A stretch of DNA of 34,792 nt, from contig DFBO01000003.1 in the NCBI GenBank assembly GCA_002366675.1, positions 1 to 34,792 on the forward strand. The letters run 5' to 3'. The DNA comes from Flavobacteriaceae bacterium UBA3078. GTDB taxonomy: Bacteria > Bacteroidota > Bacteroidia > Flavobacteriales > Flavobacteriaceae. The notes beneath the pieces are model-generated. The model ran no database searches and was not told where the DNA came from. It was given only the letters and a program-made list of their open reading frames with translations. Positions 19,401-28,809 of the stretch are shown here, in pieces (the stretch's first letter is position 1; each line of letters opens with the position of its first letter). The position numbers and the translations under genes were made by a program.

Positions 19401-19923
19401 AAGCTTTATTGGTGTATTTGGAGGTATTGTTCTTACAGGTAGTTCTTTTGTGATTATGATGACTATGGTTGGTATTATTTCACTTGCAGGAATTGTGGTA
19501 AATAATGGTGTGGTTCTTCTCGATTATGCACAACTATTAATAGATAGAAAAAAGCAACAGCTAGATTTTGATGATTATAAATATTTAGAAAAAGAAGATT
19601 TATTTGAAAGTATTGTTCGAGCAGGAAAGGCACGTTTAAGACCTGTATTATTGACAGCTATAACAACCATTTTAGGTTTAGTGCCATTAGCTATTGGATT
19701 TAATATCAACTTTTTTTCCTTGTTTGCAGATTTTAATCCAGACATATATTGGGGAGGAGATAATGTTAGGTTTTGGGGCCCACTAGCGTGGACTGTCATT
19801 TACGGCTTGTTAATAGCAACCTTCTTAACCCTAATTGTAGTTCCAGTATTGTTCTTTTTATCTATGCAATTAAAAATGTGGCTATATAAAAGAAGAAATA
19901 CTAAGTCGAAAGAGGTTATTTGA
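16438..19923 (+). CDS. RND efflux permease (AcrB/AcrD/AcrF family)
   Basis: GMLVDNGIVVVEN, GIVVNNGVVLLDY, RLRPVLLTAITTILGLVPLA. Confidence 0.95.
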   Translation: MTKKKKQVDKEFGLSSWAISNKTTMYVLILVIFYLGVSAFFDMPRESFPEVNETKIYVSSVYPGNTAEDVEKLITDPLEDDLKTVSNVVEITSTSQEDFSMIIVEFDEHLTVEQAKQKVKDEIDTKTAGEDWPMSNGAKVKPEVFELSLSEERPILNINISGDYPVEKLKEYGEYLQDEIEDLIEIKKVDIRGAQDKEVEIAVDIYKMMAAEVTFSDIISAINNGNITMSAGNLKTSGQRRTIRILGEIDSPKQLENFVVKAENGHAIYLKDVATVTFHEEDKTTFAREFGKPVVMLDVKKRAGKNMVAAAEQIKVIVQDAKDNVFPQDLIVTIANDQSPVTIGKVDDLVNNIIFGVILVVTVLMFFLGFKNAIFVGFAIPMSMFMSLMILNLLGQSLNTMVLFGLIMGLGMLVDNGIVVVENVYRLMDEEGMSRKKAAKKGIGEIAFPIIISTATTVAAFIPLGLWPGIMGEFMMILPITLSVVLGSSLFVAIFFNSVLVSQFMNIEDTDLPLKKIIRTTIIIASIGLLIYIFGGDYRALGSLMIFTAIMLWVYRLFLRKWANSFQTKTLVKLERWYENQLRWALSGWRPFGITIGTFTLLIIAFIAFGISLSTQRTKVEFFPDNKPNQIIVYIEYPQGTAIEKTNTITKEIEKIVYKVVNNDQYKDGNYNFMVESAVSQVGEGAGNPETDSGSSAEMPHKAKITASMREFKYRRGEDSELLRQKVQKALVGIFPGVLISVEKDSNGPPAGSPINIEIEGDDYDELINTAENMREFINDKNIPGIDELKIDVNKDKPSMRVVINREKAGELGISASQIGQQLRNSIFGSKSGIYKKNGDDFDIYVRFNEDNRYNTSALFNQNITFRDKTGQIKSIPVSAVAKHENNSGFSAIKHKETKRIVTVYSALSPGFTDAGAIVTQIQNEMKNYKGLPDNIQIDYTGQIEEQNKQMTFLMGAFFTGLGLIFFILIFQFNSVSKPAIIMLAIFLSFIGVFGGIVLTGSSFVIMMTMVGIISLAGIVVNNGVVLLDYAQLLIDRKKQQLDFDDYKYLEKEDLFESIVRAGKARLRPVLLTAITTILGLVPLAIGFNINFFSLFADFNPDIYWGGDNVRFWGPLAWTVIYGLLIATFLTLIVVPVLFFLSMQLKMWLYKRRNTKSKEVI

Positions 19924-20560
19924 GTTGCAAGCCCCTAATTAATTGAGTCAATTTATTGGTGCCTAAATAGATATTAGGAGCATTTAAAATTGAATTTCCA
20001 TCAACATCAACAAAAACGAGTCTAAAAAACAGCTCTTCTTCTTCAAAGTAAAATCGCTTGCTGGAAGAAGAGCTACTTGATAATTTTCAAGAATACAGCA
20101 AAAAAAGTTGCTCTACAAATTTCTGTTAAATTCTCCAACTCTTCATTAGTATAAACAGCTCCTGTAGGATTATTTGGAGAGTTTAGTATTAATGTTTGTT
20201 GATTGGGAGTGCCTTACAATAAGCTTTCAAGGTATTAGTATGAAGCTAAAATTATGCTCTAAACTCATTTCTAAAACTTTATATTCCCCATTTTAAAAAT
20301 TAATTTGTGGACCATAACTCGCCCAGCTTCCTTTCGGGATTAAAAAAACACTATCTAAAATCAATAGTTGGTAAATTATGATTGTTGGTAGCATTCTCTA
20401 GTAAAGCATTTGCTATACTCTGATGAATAGGAAAAGGCAATTATCCAATTCCAAAATGATAGATATCTTTACCTTCACTTCGTAATACGTTTACTTTTTG
20501 ATTAATTGCTAACAGATGAAGGTTTTAAATTTTGTATGTACGTATTTATTTTAATTATAA
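19916..20560 (-). pseudogene. Degraded PLP-dependent (class I/II, aspartate-aminotransferase-like) aminotransferase
   Basis: Collinear minus-strand fragments in shifting frames: IKINTYIQNLKPS / LAINQKVNVLRSEGKDIYHFGIG*LPFPIH (TAA at 20441-43) / VFLIPKGSWASYGPQ (20305-37) / LILNSPNNPTGAVYTNEEL (core 20160-83) / ILENYQVALLPASDF / FEEEELFFRLVFVDVDG. Boundaries are approximate. Confidence 0.85.
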
Positions 20561-20566
20561 CTATTG

Positions 20567-20602
20567 AAAAAAAAAAGCTCTATACAAAATTGTATAGAGC
20601 TT
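20567..20602 (-). terminator. Intrinsic terminator of the TonB-dependent receptor gene
   Basis: AAGCTCTATACAA (20575-87) / TTGTATAGAGCTT (20590-602) with a 10-nt T run on the minus strand. Confidence 0.85.
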
Positions 20603-20625
20603 AATATAAATAATTAATATGCTTA

Positions 20626-23607
20626 CTAATCGAGAGTAATACTTACTCTAGCAAAAACATATCTTCCCATAAACCCAAATTGAGATGTCCTTCTAGAATA
20701 TGGAAAAGAAGCATTAGATTGACTTCCAGGTCTGTTTTCGTCTGGATAAATATCAAATACGTTATTGGCTCCCACTGTAATCATTGTGTTTTCAAATAAT
20801 TGATTTGACACTGTTAAATCAGTAATTATTTTACCTCCATAAATTGCATTGTCATTTACAATTGCTCCATCAACTCTAGGTTGACCGGCAAATTCATCTG
20901 GATCAGTTACTTCACCAAAATACACGTTTCTCAATAAGAATGTCCATTTATCATTTTGAAGAACGTGGGTTAAATTTAATTTAGTTCTTGGTTGTGCAAG
21001 AATTAAAAATGCCTCTTCTTGAGCATCAAAATAATCACCACTTAAACCAGCATCAGCTATTTTGGTAGGAACGTTAACATTGGTAATTTCAGTTTCAGAA
21101 AATGTTGCAGCCAAGGTATTATCTAATGAGAACCCTTTAAACAAATCATTAAACTTGTATCCAGCAACGATATCTACACCTTGATTTTTAGTGTCGACAG
21201 CATTTGCTAAAAACTGTGCTTTACCAGCTCCTGCAGCAACAAAAATAGGCTCAAGTACAGGGTCGTTATTATGGCTAAACTTACCTGTTAATACAATTCT
21301 ATCATCAATAGTAATATGATACGCATCTACAGTTAAAGTAAAACCACCAAATTTAGCAGTAGCACCTAAACTCACACTTTGAGATGTTTCTTCTTCAAGT
21401 TTTTGAATACCTAACAATCCTGCTAATTGACTATCATTTCTAAATAATCCTACTTCTTCTGCTACACCATCAGCATTAAAAATAGTACTACTTCTGCTAA
21501 AGAATTGCTGATGTAAAGAAGGTGCTCTAAACCCTGTATTAAATGCAGCTCTAATATTTATATTCTCTGTAGCTTTAAAACGTGATGCAATTTTGTAATT
21601 AAAAGTCGATCCAAAATCTGAAAAACTTTCAAATCGAAGCGCTAAACTCACTAAAAGATTTTCAGTAACGTCTGCTTCTGCATCAGCATATACACCAATA
21701 CTGTTTCTAAATTTATCTACAGCATTTTGTGGCGTAAACCCTCCAAAAACTTGTGACGTTCCAGGTAAAGATTCTCCAAGTGCATTTGTTGCACCACCAA
21801 CACCACCAACAGTAGGTATTCCATTGTTATCATACGTTGCATAAGAATTCTCAGCGCCTTCAACAATTATGAAATGATCGACTCTATATTCAGCTCCAAA
21901 AGCTAAATTCAAGCCTGAAAATATATCGTCATGAAACTTACTAATATCTAAATTGGTTGTGTTCTGAGCAAATTCAAAAGAACCAGCATCAAAACTTGAA
22001 GGTGAACTAGCGCCTAAACTTGCATTTGTAGAATTTACAACGGTATATGCAAAAGAATTAGAACCATAGGTGTTAGAAAAATCTATATTCCAACCTTTTT
22101 CAGTCTCTCCTTTTATCCCAACTGCTACAGATTTATCTAAAATATCTGATTGTATTCCTGGTAAAAAACCGTTAGGATTAACAGCTGTATTGGCTTTTGG
22201 TCTCCATGGCTCTCTTAAAAACCCATATCCTAGTCCTTGTCTATAAGATAATCCTCCAAAAGAATATAATTCTGTATTCTCAGCTACTGGAATAGATAAG
22301 TTTGCAAAGAATTTCCCTTCTCTTAACTTTGAAGTACCAACTTTAAATCTAAAATCATTTCTTTCTTGCCCTCTTAAAGCAAATTGTGCATCATCTAATT
22401 CTTGATACGTAGCAAACTCTCCTGTACCTCCATTTGGTAAAAACCCACTCAATAGATCTAAGTCCCCTGGTGTGTTTAAATCTCCATTTCCATCTACAGA
22501 TAAATCTAAAGCTGCAATAGAAGCCTGATCTGCTGCATTAATATAGTCTGAGCCTAACATTCCAGCACCAGCTTGATAATCTGCTGCTGTCATATCAGCA
22601 ATCGATCCTCCATTTGCAGAAATAAAAGCATTTTCTACAGCATTGGCTATATCATAAATCTGTTCTAAATTAGTTGCATTTCTTAATGCTGGATTTCTAG
22701 TAGCAAAAGATCCTGAGAAATTAATAAATCCTCCATCATTACCTAATGGTAATCCATAATTTGCATCAACTTGTATTCTTTCTCCATCAACACCTCCATC
22801 TTGGTGATTACTCCCATCAGACATGTTTGCACCAGTAGTAACAGCTATATCTAATTTACCTGTCGCTTCTTTTAACACAATATTTATAACTCCTGCAATC
22901 GCATCAGATCCATATTGTGCCGCTGCACCATCTCTTAAAACTTCAATTCTTTTAATAGCAGAAGTAGGAATAGAATTCATATCTGTACCAACACTACCAG
23001 CTCCAACTGTCCCATTAATGTTTAAAAGCGACGTATTATGTCTTCTCTTTCCATTAATTAAAACTAAAACTTGATCTGGCCCTAAACCTCTTAAAGATGC
23101 TGGATCTATATGATCTGTTCCATCTGAAACGGTTTGCGTTTGCGATGTAAATGAAGGCGCTACATAGTTTAAGATTTCATTTATTGAAGTTTGCGGCCCA
23201 TTTGTAGCCAAAGCTACAACATCTATTACATCAACTGGAACAGCTGTATCTATAGCAGCTCTACTTGGGTTTCTTGAACCAACAAGAACAATTTCATCAA
23301 GAGCAACGCCCTCTTCTAATGATACTGATACACTTTGTGCTGAAGCAACTTCTAACTCTTGTGCTGTATATCCAACAGATGATATTACTAATGTTGCAGG
23401 AAATGTACTCACATCAAGACTAAAATTTCCATCAAAATCTGATGTCGTCCCATTTGTAGTTCCTTTAACAATAATATTTGCACCAGGTACTGGGTTATTC
23501 GAATTTGCCTCCGTGACCGTTCCTGTTACATTCCCTTGTGCCAAAACGCCTAAAGGACAAATTATCATTGCAAAAAACAACAATTTTAAATAGTAAACAT
23601 GTTTCAT
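20626..23607 (-). CDS. TonB-dependent receptor (N-terminal CarboxypepD-like domain, plug, beta-barrel); no SusD partner
   Basis: GTTNGTTSDFDGNFSL, LDEIVLVGSR, LRGLGPDQVLVLINGKRR, RIEVLRDGAAAQYGSDAIAGVINIVL, GANNVFD, GRYVFARVS. Confidence 0.95.
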   Translation of the reverse strand: MKHVYYLKLLFFAMIICPLGVLAQGNVTGTVTEANSNNPVPGANIIVKGTTNGTTSDFDGNFSLDVSTFPATLVISSVGYTAQELEVASAQSVSVSLEEGVALDEIVLVGSRNPSRAAIDTAVPVDVIDVVALATNGPQTSINEILNYVAPSFTSQTQTVSDGTDHIDPASLRGLGPDQVLVLINGKRRHNTSLLNINGTVGAGSVGTDMNSIPTSAIKRIEVLRDGAAAQYGSDAIAGVINIVLKEATGKLDIAVTTGANMSDGSNHQDGGVDGERIQVDANYGLPLGNDGGFINFSGSFATRNPALRNATNLEQIYDIANAVENAFISANGGSIADMTAADYQAGAGMLGSDYINAADQASIAALDLSVDGNGDLNTPGDLDLLSGFLPNGGTGEFATYQELDDAQFALRGQERNDFRFKVGTSKLREGKFFANLSIPVAENTELYSFGGLSYRQGLGYGFLREPWRPKANTAVNPNGFLPGIQSDILDKSVAVGIKGETEKGWNIDFSNTYGSNSFAYTVVNSTNASLGASSPSSFDAGSFEFAQNTTNLDISKFHDDIFSGLNLAFGAEYRVDHFIIVEGAENSYATYDNNGIPTVGGVGGATNALGESLPGTSQVFGGFTPQNAVDKFRNSIGVYADAEADVTENLLVSLALRFESFSDFGSTFNYKIASRFKATENINIRAAFNTGFRAPSLHQQFFSRSSTIFNADGVAEEVGLFRNDSQLAGLLGIQKLEEETSQSVSLGATAKFGGFTLTVDAYHITIDDRIVLTGKFSHNNDPVLEPIFVAAGAGKAQFLANAVDTKNQGVDIVAGYKFNDLFKGFSLDNTLAATFSETEITNVNVPTKIADAGLSGDYFDAQEEAFLILAQPRTKLNLTHVLQNDKWTFLLRNVYFGEVTDPDEFAGQPRVDGAIVNDNAIYGGKIITDLTVSNQLFENTMITVGANNVFDIYPDENRPGSQSNASFPYSRRTSQFGFMGRYVFARVSITLD

Positions 23608-23830
23608 AATTTAAAGTTTATTGATTAATAAGTGAGAAAAGTACTAATAAAAATGTGATTAAATTGAATTTTTGATAATTTTATTAACAATAAATTAACA
23701 AATCCTCACATTATCAACAAACTATAAATAAGATTTCTTATTAAATATATTTTTAAAAGAATTATTCATTTTATAATTACGATTGTATTAATTAAAACCT
23801 CTCAACATTTTAGTTGAAGTTTTTTTATTT

Positions 23831-23838
23831 TAAATTTG
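23831..23838 (+). promoter_or_regulatory. -7 promoter box for aspS
   Basis: TAAATTTG perfect match to TAnnTTTG, 47 nt before the ATG. Confidence 0.65.
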
Positions 23839-23885
23839 CAGCTTCAAACATTTAAGGAATAAACTTTGTCCTAAAAATTTTAAAT

Positions 23886-25640
23886 ATGTACAGAAGTCAT
23901 AATTGTGGTGAATTAAGAGCATCACACATAAATACAGAAGTCACACTTTCTGGTTGGGTTCAAAAATCTAGAGATAAAGGATTTATTGTTTGGGTAGATT
24001 TAAGAGATCGTTATGGAATTACGCAACTTATCTTTGATGATGAGCGTACAGAAAAATCTGTGATGGATCTGGCACAAAATCTCGGTCGTGAATTTGTAAT
24101 TCAAATAACAGGAACCGTTATCGAACGTACTTCTAAAAACCCAAATATTCCAACAGGAGATATAGAAATTTTAGTTTCAGAATTAACTGTTTTAAATAGT
24201 TCTAAAACACCTCCTTTTACTATTGAAGATGAAACCGATGGTGGAGAAGATATTAGAATGAAATATCGCTATTTAGATATTAGAAGAAATCCGGTAAAAA
24301 ACAGCTTGATTTTTCGTCATAAAGTGACTCAGGAAGTTAGAAATTTTCTGTCTAAAGAAGGTTTCATTGAAGTTGAAACACCTTACTTAATAAAGTCTAC
24401 TCCAGAAGGAGCTAGAGATTTTGTAGTGCCATCAAGAATGAACGAAGGACAATTTTATGCCCTTCCACAAAGTCCACAAACATTTAAACAATTGTTAATG
24501 ATAGGTGGTATGGATAAGTATTTTCAGATTGTAAAATGCTTTCGAGACGAAGATTTACGTGCAGACAGACAGCCAGAATTTACACAAATTGATTGTGAAA
24601 TGGCGTTTGTAGAACAAGAAGATATATTGAATGCTTTTGAAGGATTAACGAGACATCTTCTAAAGGAAGTAAATGGTGTTGAAATAAAAGAGTTTCCAAG
24701 AATGTTGTATGATGATGCGATGCGTTTATACGGAAACGACAAGCCAGATATACGTTTTGGAATGGAATTTGGCGAACTGAATGATGTAGCACAACATAAA
24801 GATTTTGGAGTATTTAATTCTGCAGAATTGGTTGTTGGAATTGCCGTTCCTGGAGGAAATAGTTACACGAGAAAAGATATTGATAAATTAATCGATTGGG
24901 TTAAACGTCCACAAGTTGGTGCTTTAGGGATGGTTTATAGTCGTTGCAATGACGATGGAAGCTACAAATCTTCTGTCGATAAATTTTACGATCAAGACGA
25001 TTTAGCAAAATGGGCAAATGTTACAGGAGCAAAAGCTGGTGATTTAGTTTGTATTCTTTCTGGAGACACAAATAAAGTACGTGCACAATTAAGTGCTTTA
25101 CGTATGGAATTAGCAGAACGTTTAGGCTTAAGAAACCCTAAAGAGTTTGCTCCACTTTGGGTTATCGATTTCCCTTTATTAGAATTAGATGAAGAAACTG
25201 GCCACTACCACGCCATGCATCATCCATTCACATCGCCTAAATCTGGACAATTAGAGTTACTAAAAACAAATCCTGGAGATGTCAAAGCCAATGCTTACGA
25301 TTTGGTATTAAATGGCAATGAAATTGGTGGAGGATCAATCAGAATTCATGATAAAGACATACAAGCAACCATGTTGAAACATTTAGGGTTTTCTGAAGAA
25401 GATGCTAAAGCACAATTTGGATTCTTAATGGATGCTTTCGAATATGGCGCACCTCCTCATGGTGGTTTAGCTTTCGGGTTAGATAGATTGGTTGCCATAC
25501 TTGACGGACAAGAAACCATTCGTGATTATATAGCCTTTCCAAAAAATAATTCTGGACGCGATATTATGATAGATGCTCCTGCTCCAATTGATGATGAACA
25601 ATTAGAAGAATTAAGTTTAAAACTTAATCTAAAATCATAA
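23886..25640 (+). CDS. aspS: Aspartate--tRNA ligase
   Basis: [56 protein letters not shown]. Confidence 0.98.
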   Translation: MYRSHNCGELRASHINTEVTLSGWVQKSRDKGFIVWVDLRDRYGITQLIFDDERTEKSVMDLAQNLGREFVIQITGTVIERTSKNPNIPTGDIEILVSELTVLNSSKTPPFTIEDETDGGEDIRMKYRYLDIRRNPVKNSLIFRHKVTQEVRNFLSKEGFIEVETPYLIKSTPEGARDFVVPSRMNEGQFYALPQSPQTFKQLLMIGGMDKYFQIVKCFRDEDLRADRQPEFTQIDCEMAFVEQEDILNAFEGLTRHLLKEVNGVEIKEFPRMLYDDAMRLYGNDKPDIRFGMEFGELNDVAQHKDFGVFNSAELVVGIAVPGGNSYTRKDIDKLIDWVKRPQVGALGMVYSRCNDDGSYKSSVDKFYDQDDLAKWANVTGAKAGDLVCILSGDTNKVRAQLSALRMELAERLGLRNPKEFAPLWVIDFPLLELDEETGHYHAMHHPFTSPKSGQLELLKTNPGDVKANAYDLVLNGNEIGGGSIRIHDKDIQATMLKHLGFSEEDAKAQFGFLMDAFEYGAPPHGGLAFGLDRLVAILDGQETIRDYIAFPKNNSGRDIMIDAPAPIDDEQLEELSLKLNLKS

Positions 25641-25646
25641 AAAATT

Positions 25647-25670
25647 AAATCCTGCAATTGCAGGATTTTT
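25647..25670 (+). terminator. Intrinsic terminator after aspS
   Basis: AAATCCTGC-AATT-GCAGGATTT followed by a T run. Confidence 0.8.
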
Positions 25671-25685
25671 TAGTAGATTTAATTC

Positions 25686-26231
25686 ATGAGAAAGAAGATT
25701 CTAAAAATCGTCCTTTATGTAGTCTTAATTTTTGCAATTGTTTTGTTTGGACTATATGGTTATGCCTATTACGTTATGAATTATAAATTTGTTCCTGAAA
25801 ATAAATACACGCATTCTGCTGAATATATAAATCCTGAAACAGCTTTACTAAACGAAGGATTTGAAGTATGTGACGAAGATTTTATTATTCAATATTATAA
25901 CCCACAAAGGGCTACTTATAGCAAAGAAAAAAATGGTTTACGTAATTTTATTTTATCAAATTATAAAAACAATAATTTTACAGATTCTGGCTATTTAAAT
26001 ATCCGATTTGTAATCAATTGCAAAGGTCTAGCTGGACGCTATGTTATTCATGAAAATAATCTAGATTTAGAGCCAACAAGTTTTAATAAAGACTTGGTTG
26101 ATCAATTATTTGACTTAACAACACAATTAAAAGAGTGGAATCCTAATTATACTCACGATGCCTTTAGAGATTCATATATGTATATATCTTATAGAATAGA
26201 ACATGGAGAAATTACTGAAATATTGCCTTAG
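25686..26231 (+). CDS. Hypothetical protein, N-terminal membrane anchor, possible TonB C-terminal-like domain
   Basis: One TM helix; C-terminal GYLNIRFVINCKG..WNP..YISYRI pattern (the fold call is an inference). Confidence 0.7.
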   Translation: MRKKILKIVLYVVLIFAIVLFGLYGYAYYVMNYKFVPENKYTHSAEYINPETALLNEGFEVCDEDFIIQYYNPQRATYSKEKNGLRNFILSNYKNNNFTDSGYLNIRFVINCKGLAGRYVIHENNLDLEPTSFNKDLVDQLFDLTTQLKEWNPNYTHDAFRDSYMYISYRIEHGEITEILP

Positions 26232-27009
26232 TTTATTTGTAATAGGCTGTATTTTTTCCTGTAAATCAGATAAAGAAGAGGCTTTAAAAGTTCTCGAATT
26301 CGGGAAACATTATCAAGGTAGTGCACAAAGCTTAAATGCACTTACTAGAGTTCTAGAAATAGATGCAACAAATGCTGAAGCATATAGAGAATTGTCAATT
26401 CCATATTTAAAAAGAGGCATTCCAAACCATTGGAAAACATACATGGATCAAGCAGTCACTTTAGACTCTCTATCTTGGATTGGCTATAGAGGTTATAATT
26501 ACTTATGGTTTTACAGAGATTATAAAAAAGCCATCGCAGATTTTGATGCAACAGACATACTAACTCCAAATTTTGTTGATGCTCCTCAAGGACATAGTGT
26601 TGATTATTGGAGAGGTATTGCTTATTTGGGTTTAAAAGACCGTGAAAATTCCATTGCTTATTTTGATAAATACATCAATAAAGAGATTGAAGATTCTGGT
26701 GAAGATTGGGTTGAATTAACAGCTTTTCTGTATAGAGGGATTGCTTATTTTGAATCTGGTAATTATGAAAGTGCTTTAATGAATTTTGACAAACAACTTC
26801 AATATTCAAAAAACTTAAGTGCTGATGCTAAATACTACAAAGCAAGAGTTTTAAATGAACAAGGAGATATTGAAAATGCTAAGTTAATTATAGATGCTGC
26901 TATTGAAGATTTCAATATTGGTTACTTTAATAACAGACCTTATGTTGAAACAATAAGGCAAATCTATATGGAAGATTTAATGTTATTAAAATCTGAATTA
27001 TCTCTATAA
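26203..27009 (+). CDS. Tetratricopeptide repeat lipoprotein
   Basis: Lipobox IFSC followed by KSDKEE; TPR-like YWRGIAY, LYRGIAYFESGNYESALMNFDK, YYKARVL; overlaps the upstream ORF by 29 bp. Confidence 0.82.
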   Translation: MEKLLKYCLSLFVIGCIFSCKSDKEEALKVLEFGKHYQGSAQSLNALTRVLEIDATNAEAYRELSIPYLKRGIPNHWKTYMDQAVTLDSLSWIGYRGYNYLWFYRDYKKAIADFDATDILTPNFVDAPQGHSVDYWRGIAYLGLKDRENSIAYFDKYINKEIEDSGEDWVELTAFLYRGIAYFESGNYESALMNFDKQLQYSKNLSADAKYYKARVLNEQGDIENAKLIIDAAIEDFNIGYFNNRPYVETIRQIYMEDLMLLKSELSL

Positions 27010-28809
27010 ATGGATATACAATCTTTAATAAAACAATTTTTAATCTGGAGGTATAAACATATCTCACAGAAAAATTTTGTTTTATTTCTAAGCACATTTG
27101 TAGGTTTATTAGCTGGTTTAGCAGCAGTAACTTTAAAAAACATTACGTATTTCATTCAGAATAATTTAGAAAAAGGGATTGTATTTTCTCAAAATCAATT
27201 GTATTTTATTTTACCTATAATAGGATTGTTAATCGTCTATCTTATTAAGAAATATATGTTTAGAAAGGAATTGATTCCTTCTGTCCCTCCATTTATTAAA
27301 CGTGCTGTTCCATCACTTTTATATTCCCTTTTAAGACAAAAAGGGCTATTATCATATAAGCTTACATATCATCCATTAATCCTTGCACCTCTAACAGTAG
27401 GATTTGGTGGATCGGTTGGGTTATTAGGTCCTGCAATTACTTCTGGATCTGCAATTAGTTCAAATTTAAGTAGGTTGATGCATATCGATAAAAAAACAAG
27501 AACTCTACTAATTGCTTGTGCAACTGCTGGAGCTGTGGCGTCCATGTTTAAATCGCCTATTGCTGCCATTGTTTTTGCGGTAGAAGTATTTAGTTTAGAC
27601 TTAACTTTTGCTTCTTTATTACCATTATTAATAGCTTCAATATCTTCGGTATTAACATCTTATTTTTTCCTAGGTGATGAAGTCCTTTTTAGTTTCACAC
27701 TTAGTGACAAATTCACCTTATACGATACAGCTTTCTATATTATTCTAGGTTTAGGAACAGGTATTGCTTCCATATATTTTACAAAAATCTACTTTGCCAT
27801 TTATAAGTTCTTTGACAGGTTTAAAACCCGATTTGCTAAACTACTTGTAGGAGGTTTAGCTATTGGTATTATGCTTTATTTTATTCCTCCTTTATATGGT
27901 GAAGGGTTAAGTTTTACAAAAGATTTATTTGATGGAAATCATCTTCATGCTTTAGGCACTAATCTATTTGATGAATACCTTGATAATATTTGGGTTGTTA
28001 TTGTTCTACTTATTGGGTTTACGTTTTTTAAGGCTATTGCTATGACTACAACTTTTGCTGCAGGAGGTGTTGGTGGTGTTATTGTACCAACAATGGTTAT
28101 GGGAAGTGCTCTTGGGAATGTTGTTGCAAAAATAGTTAACAACTTAGGTTTTGGTCATCAAGTTTCGGAATCAAACTTTACTTTAGTTGGTATGGCTGGA
28201 CTTATTGCAGGAGTGATTCATGCACCTTTAACAGCTATATTTTTAATTGCTGAAATTACTGGTGGTTATGTCTTATTTCTTCCTCTTATGATAACAGTTG
28301 CTATTTCATATATGATTACAAAAAATTATATGGAGCATACCATTTATACTAAAGAATTAGCAGAAAGAGGCGATTTACTTACAGATAATAAAGATCAAAA
28401 TGTGTTAACTTCTATGGATATAAACAGTGTGATAGAAAAGAATTTTATAACACTCCATCCTGACATGTCTCTTGGAGACATGCTACATAAAGGTGTTTCT
28501 AAATCTAATAGAAATCTATTTCCTGTAGTTAATGAAGACCAAATTCTAGTTGGTATTATTCTCTTAGATGATATAAGAAGTATCATGTTCGACCAATCTT
28601 TATACGACTCAACTTCTGTTGAAACATTTATGCAAATGCCTCCTGGATTTATTGATTATGAAAAAGATAGTATGCGAATAGTAATGCGAAAATTTCAGGA
28701 TACAGGTGCATGGAATTTACCAGTTATTAAAAATGGTAAATATTATGGATTTGTTTCTAAATCAAAATTATTAACAGCATACCGACGCGAATTAATTAAC
28801 TTTACTTAA
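27010..28809 (+). CDS. ClC-family chloride channel/transporter with two C-terminal CBS domains (non-canonical filter)
   Basis: GFGGSVGLLGP, FKSPIAAIVFAVE, GGVGGVIVP, HAPLTAIFLIAEITG, TIYTKEL; CBS motifs NLFPVVN and WNLPVIK. Confidence 0.92.
   Translation: MDIQSLIKQFLIWRYKHISQKNFVLFLSTFVGLLAGLAAVTLKNITYFIQNNLEKGIVFSQNQLYFILPIIGLLIVYLIKKYMFRKELIPSVPPFIKRAVPSLLYSLLRQKGLLSYKLTYHPLILAPLTVGFGGSVGLLGPAITSGSAISSNLSRLMHIDKKTRTLLIACATAGAVASMFKSPIAAIVFAVEVFSLDLTFASLLPLLIASISSVLTSYFFLGDEVLFSFTLSDKFTLYDTAFYIILGLGTGIASIYFTKIYFAIYKFFDRFKTRFAKLLVGGLAIGIMLYFIPPLYGEGLSFTKDLFDGNHLHALGTNLFDEYLDNIWVVIVLLIGFTFFKAIAMTTTFAAGGVGGVIVPTMVMGSALGNVVAKIVNNLGFGHQVSESNFTLVGMAGLIAGVIHAPLTAIFLIAEITGGYVLFLPLMITVAISYMITKNYMEHTIYTKELAERGDLLTDNKDQNVLTSMDINSVIEKNFITLHPDMSLGDMLHKGVSKSNRNLFPVVNEDQILVGIILLDDIRSIMFDQSLYDSTSVETFMQMPPGFIDYEKDSMRIVMRKFQDTGAWNLPVIKNGKYYGFVSKSKLLTAYRRELINFT

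Noticed and set aside
14533-19799. Many 60-105 aa antisense or alternate-frame ORFs inside tolC, MFP and RND genes (likewise 433-615, 3498-3701, 4628-4813, 7418-7636, 10971-11156, 22823-23074, 24524-24792, 26964-28586, 30724-30906, 32568-32783)
   Set aside because: They lie wholly or mostly within well-supported genes, have no recognisable motifs, and are typical codon-bias shadows
20030-20075. AGCTCTTCTTC..GAAGAAGAGCT inverted repeat as a terminator or MITE
   Set aside because: Both arms fall in coding remnants of the aminotransferase pseudogene (VALLP / EEEEL) and there is no T tail; a secondary role after the RND gene cannot be fully excluded
20480-20546. TACGT(A) words resembling the regulator box
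   Set aside because: Single half-sites inside the pseudogene without the 9-2-9 palindrome
20626-23607. SusC/SusD polysaccharide utilisation locus
   Set aside because: No susD or CAZyme neighbours, and a terminator directly follows the receptor
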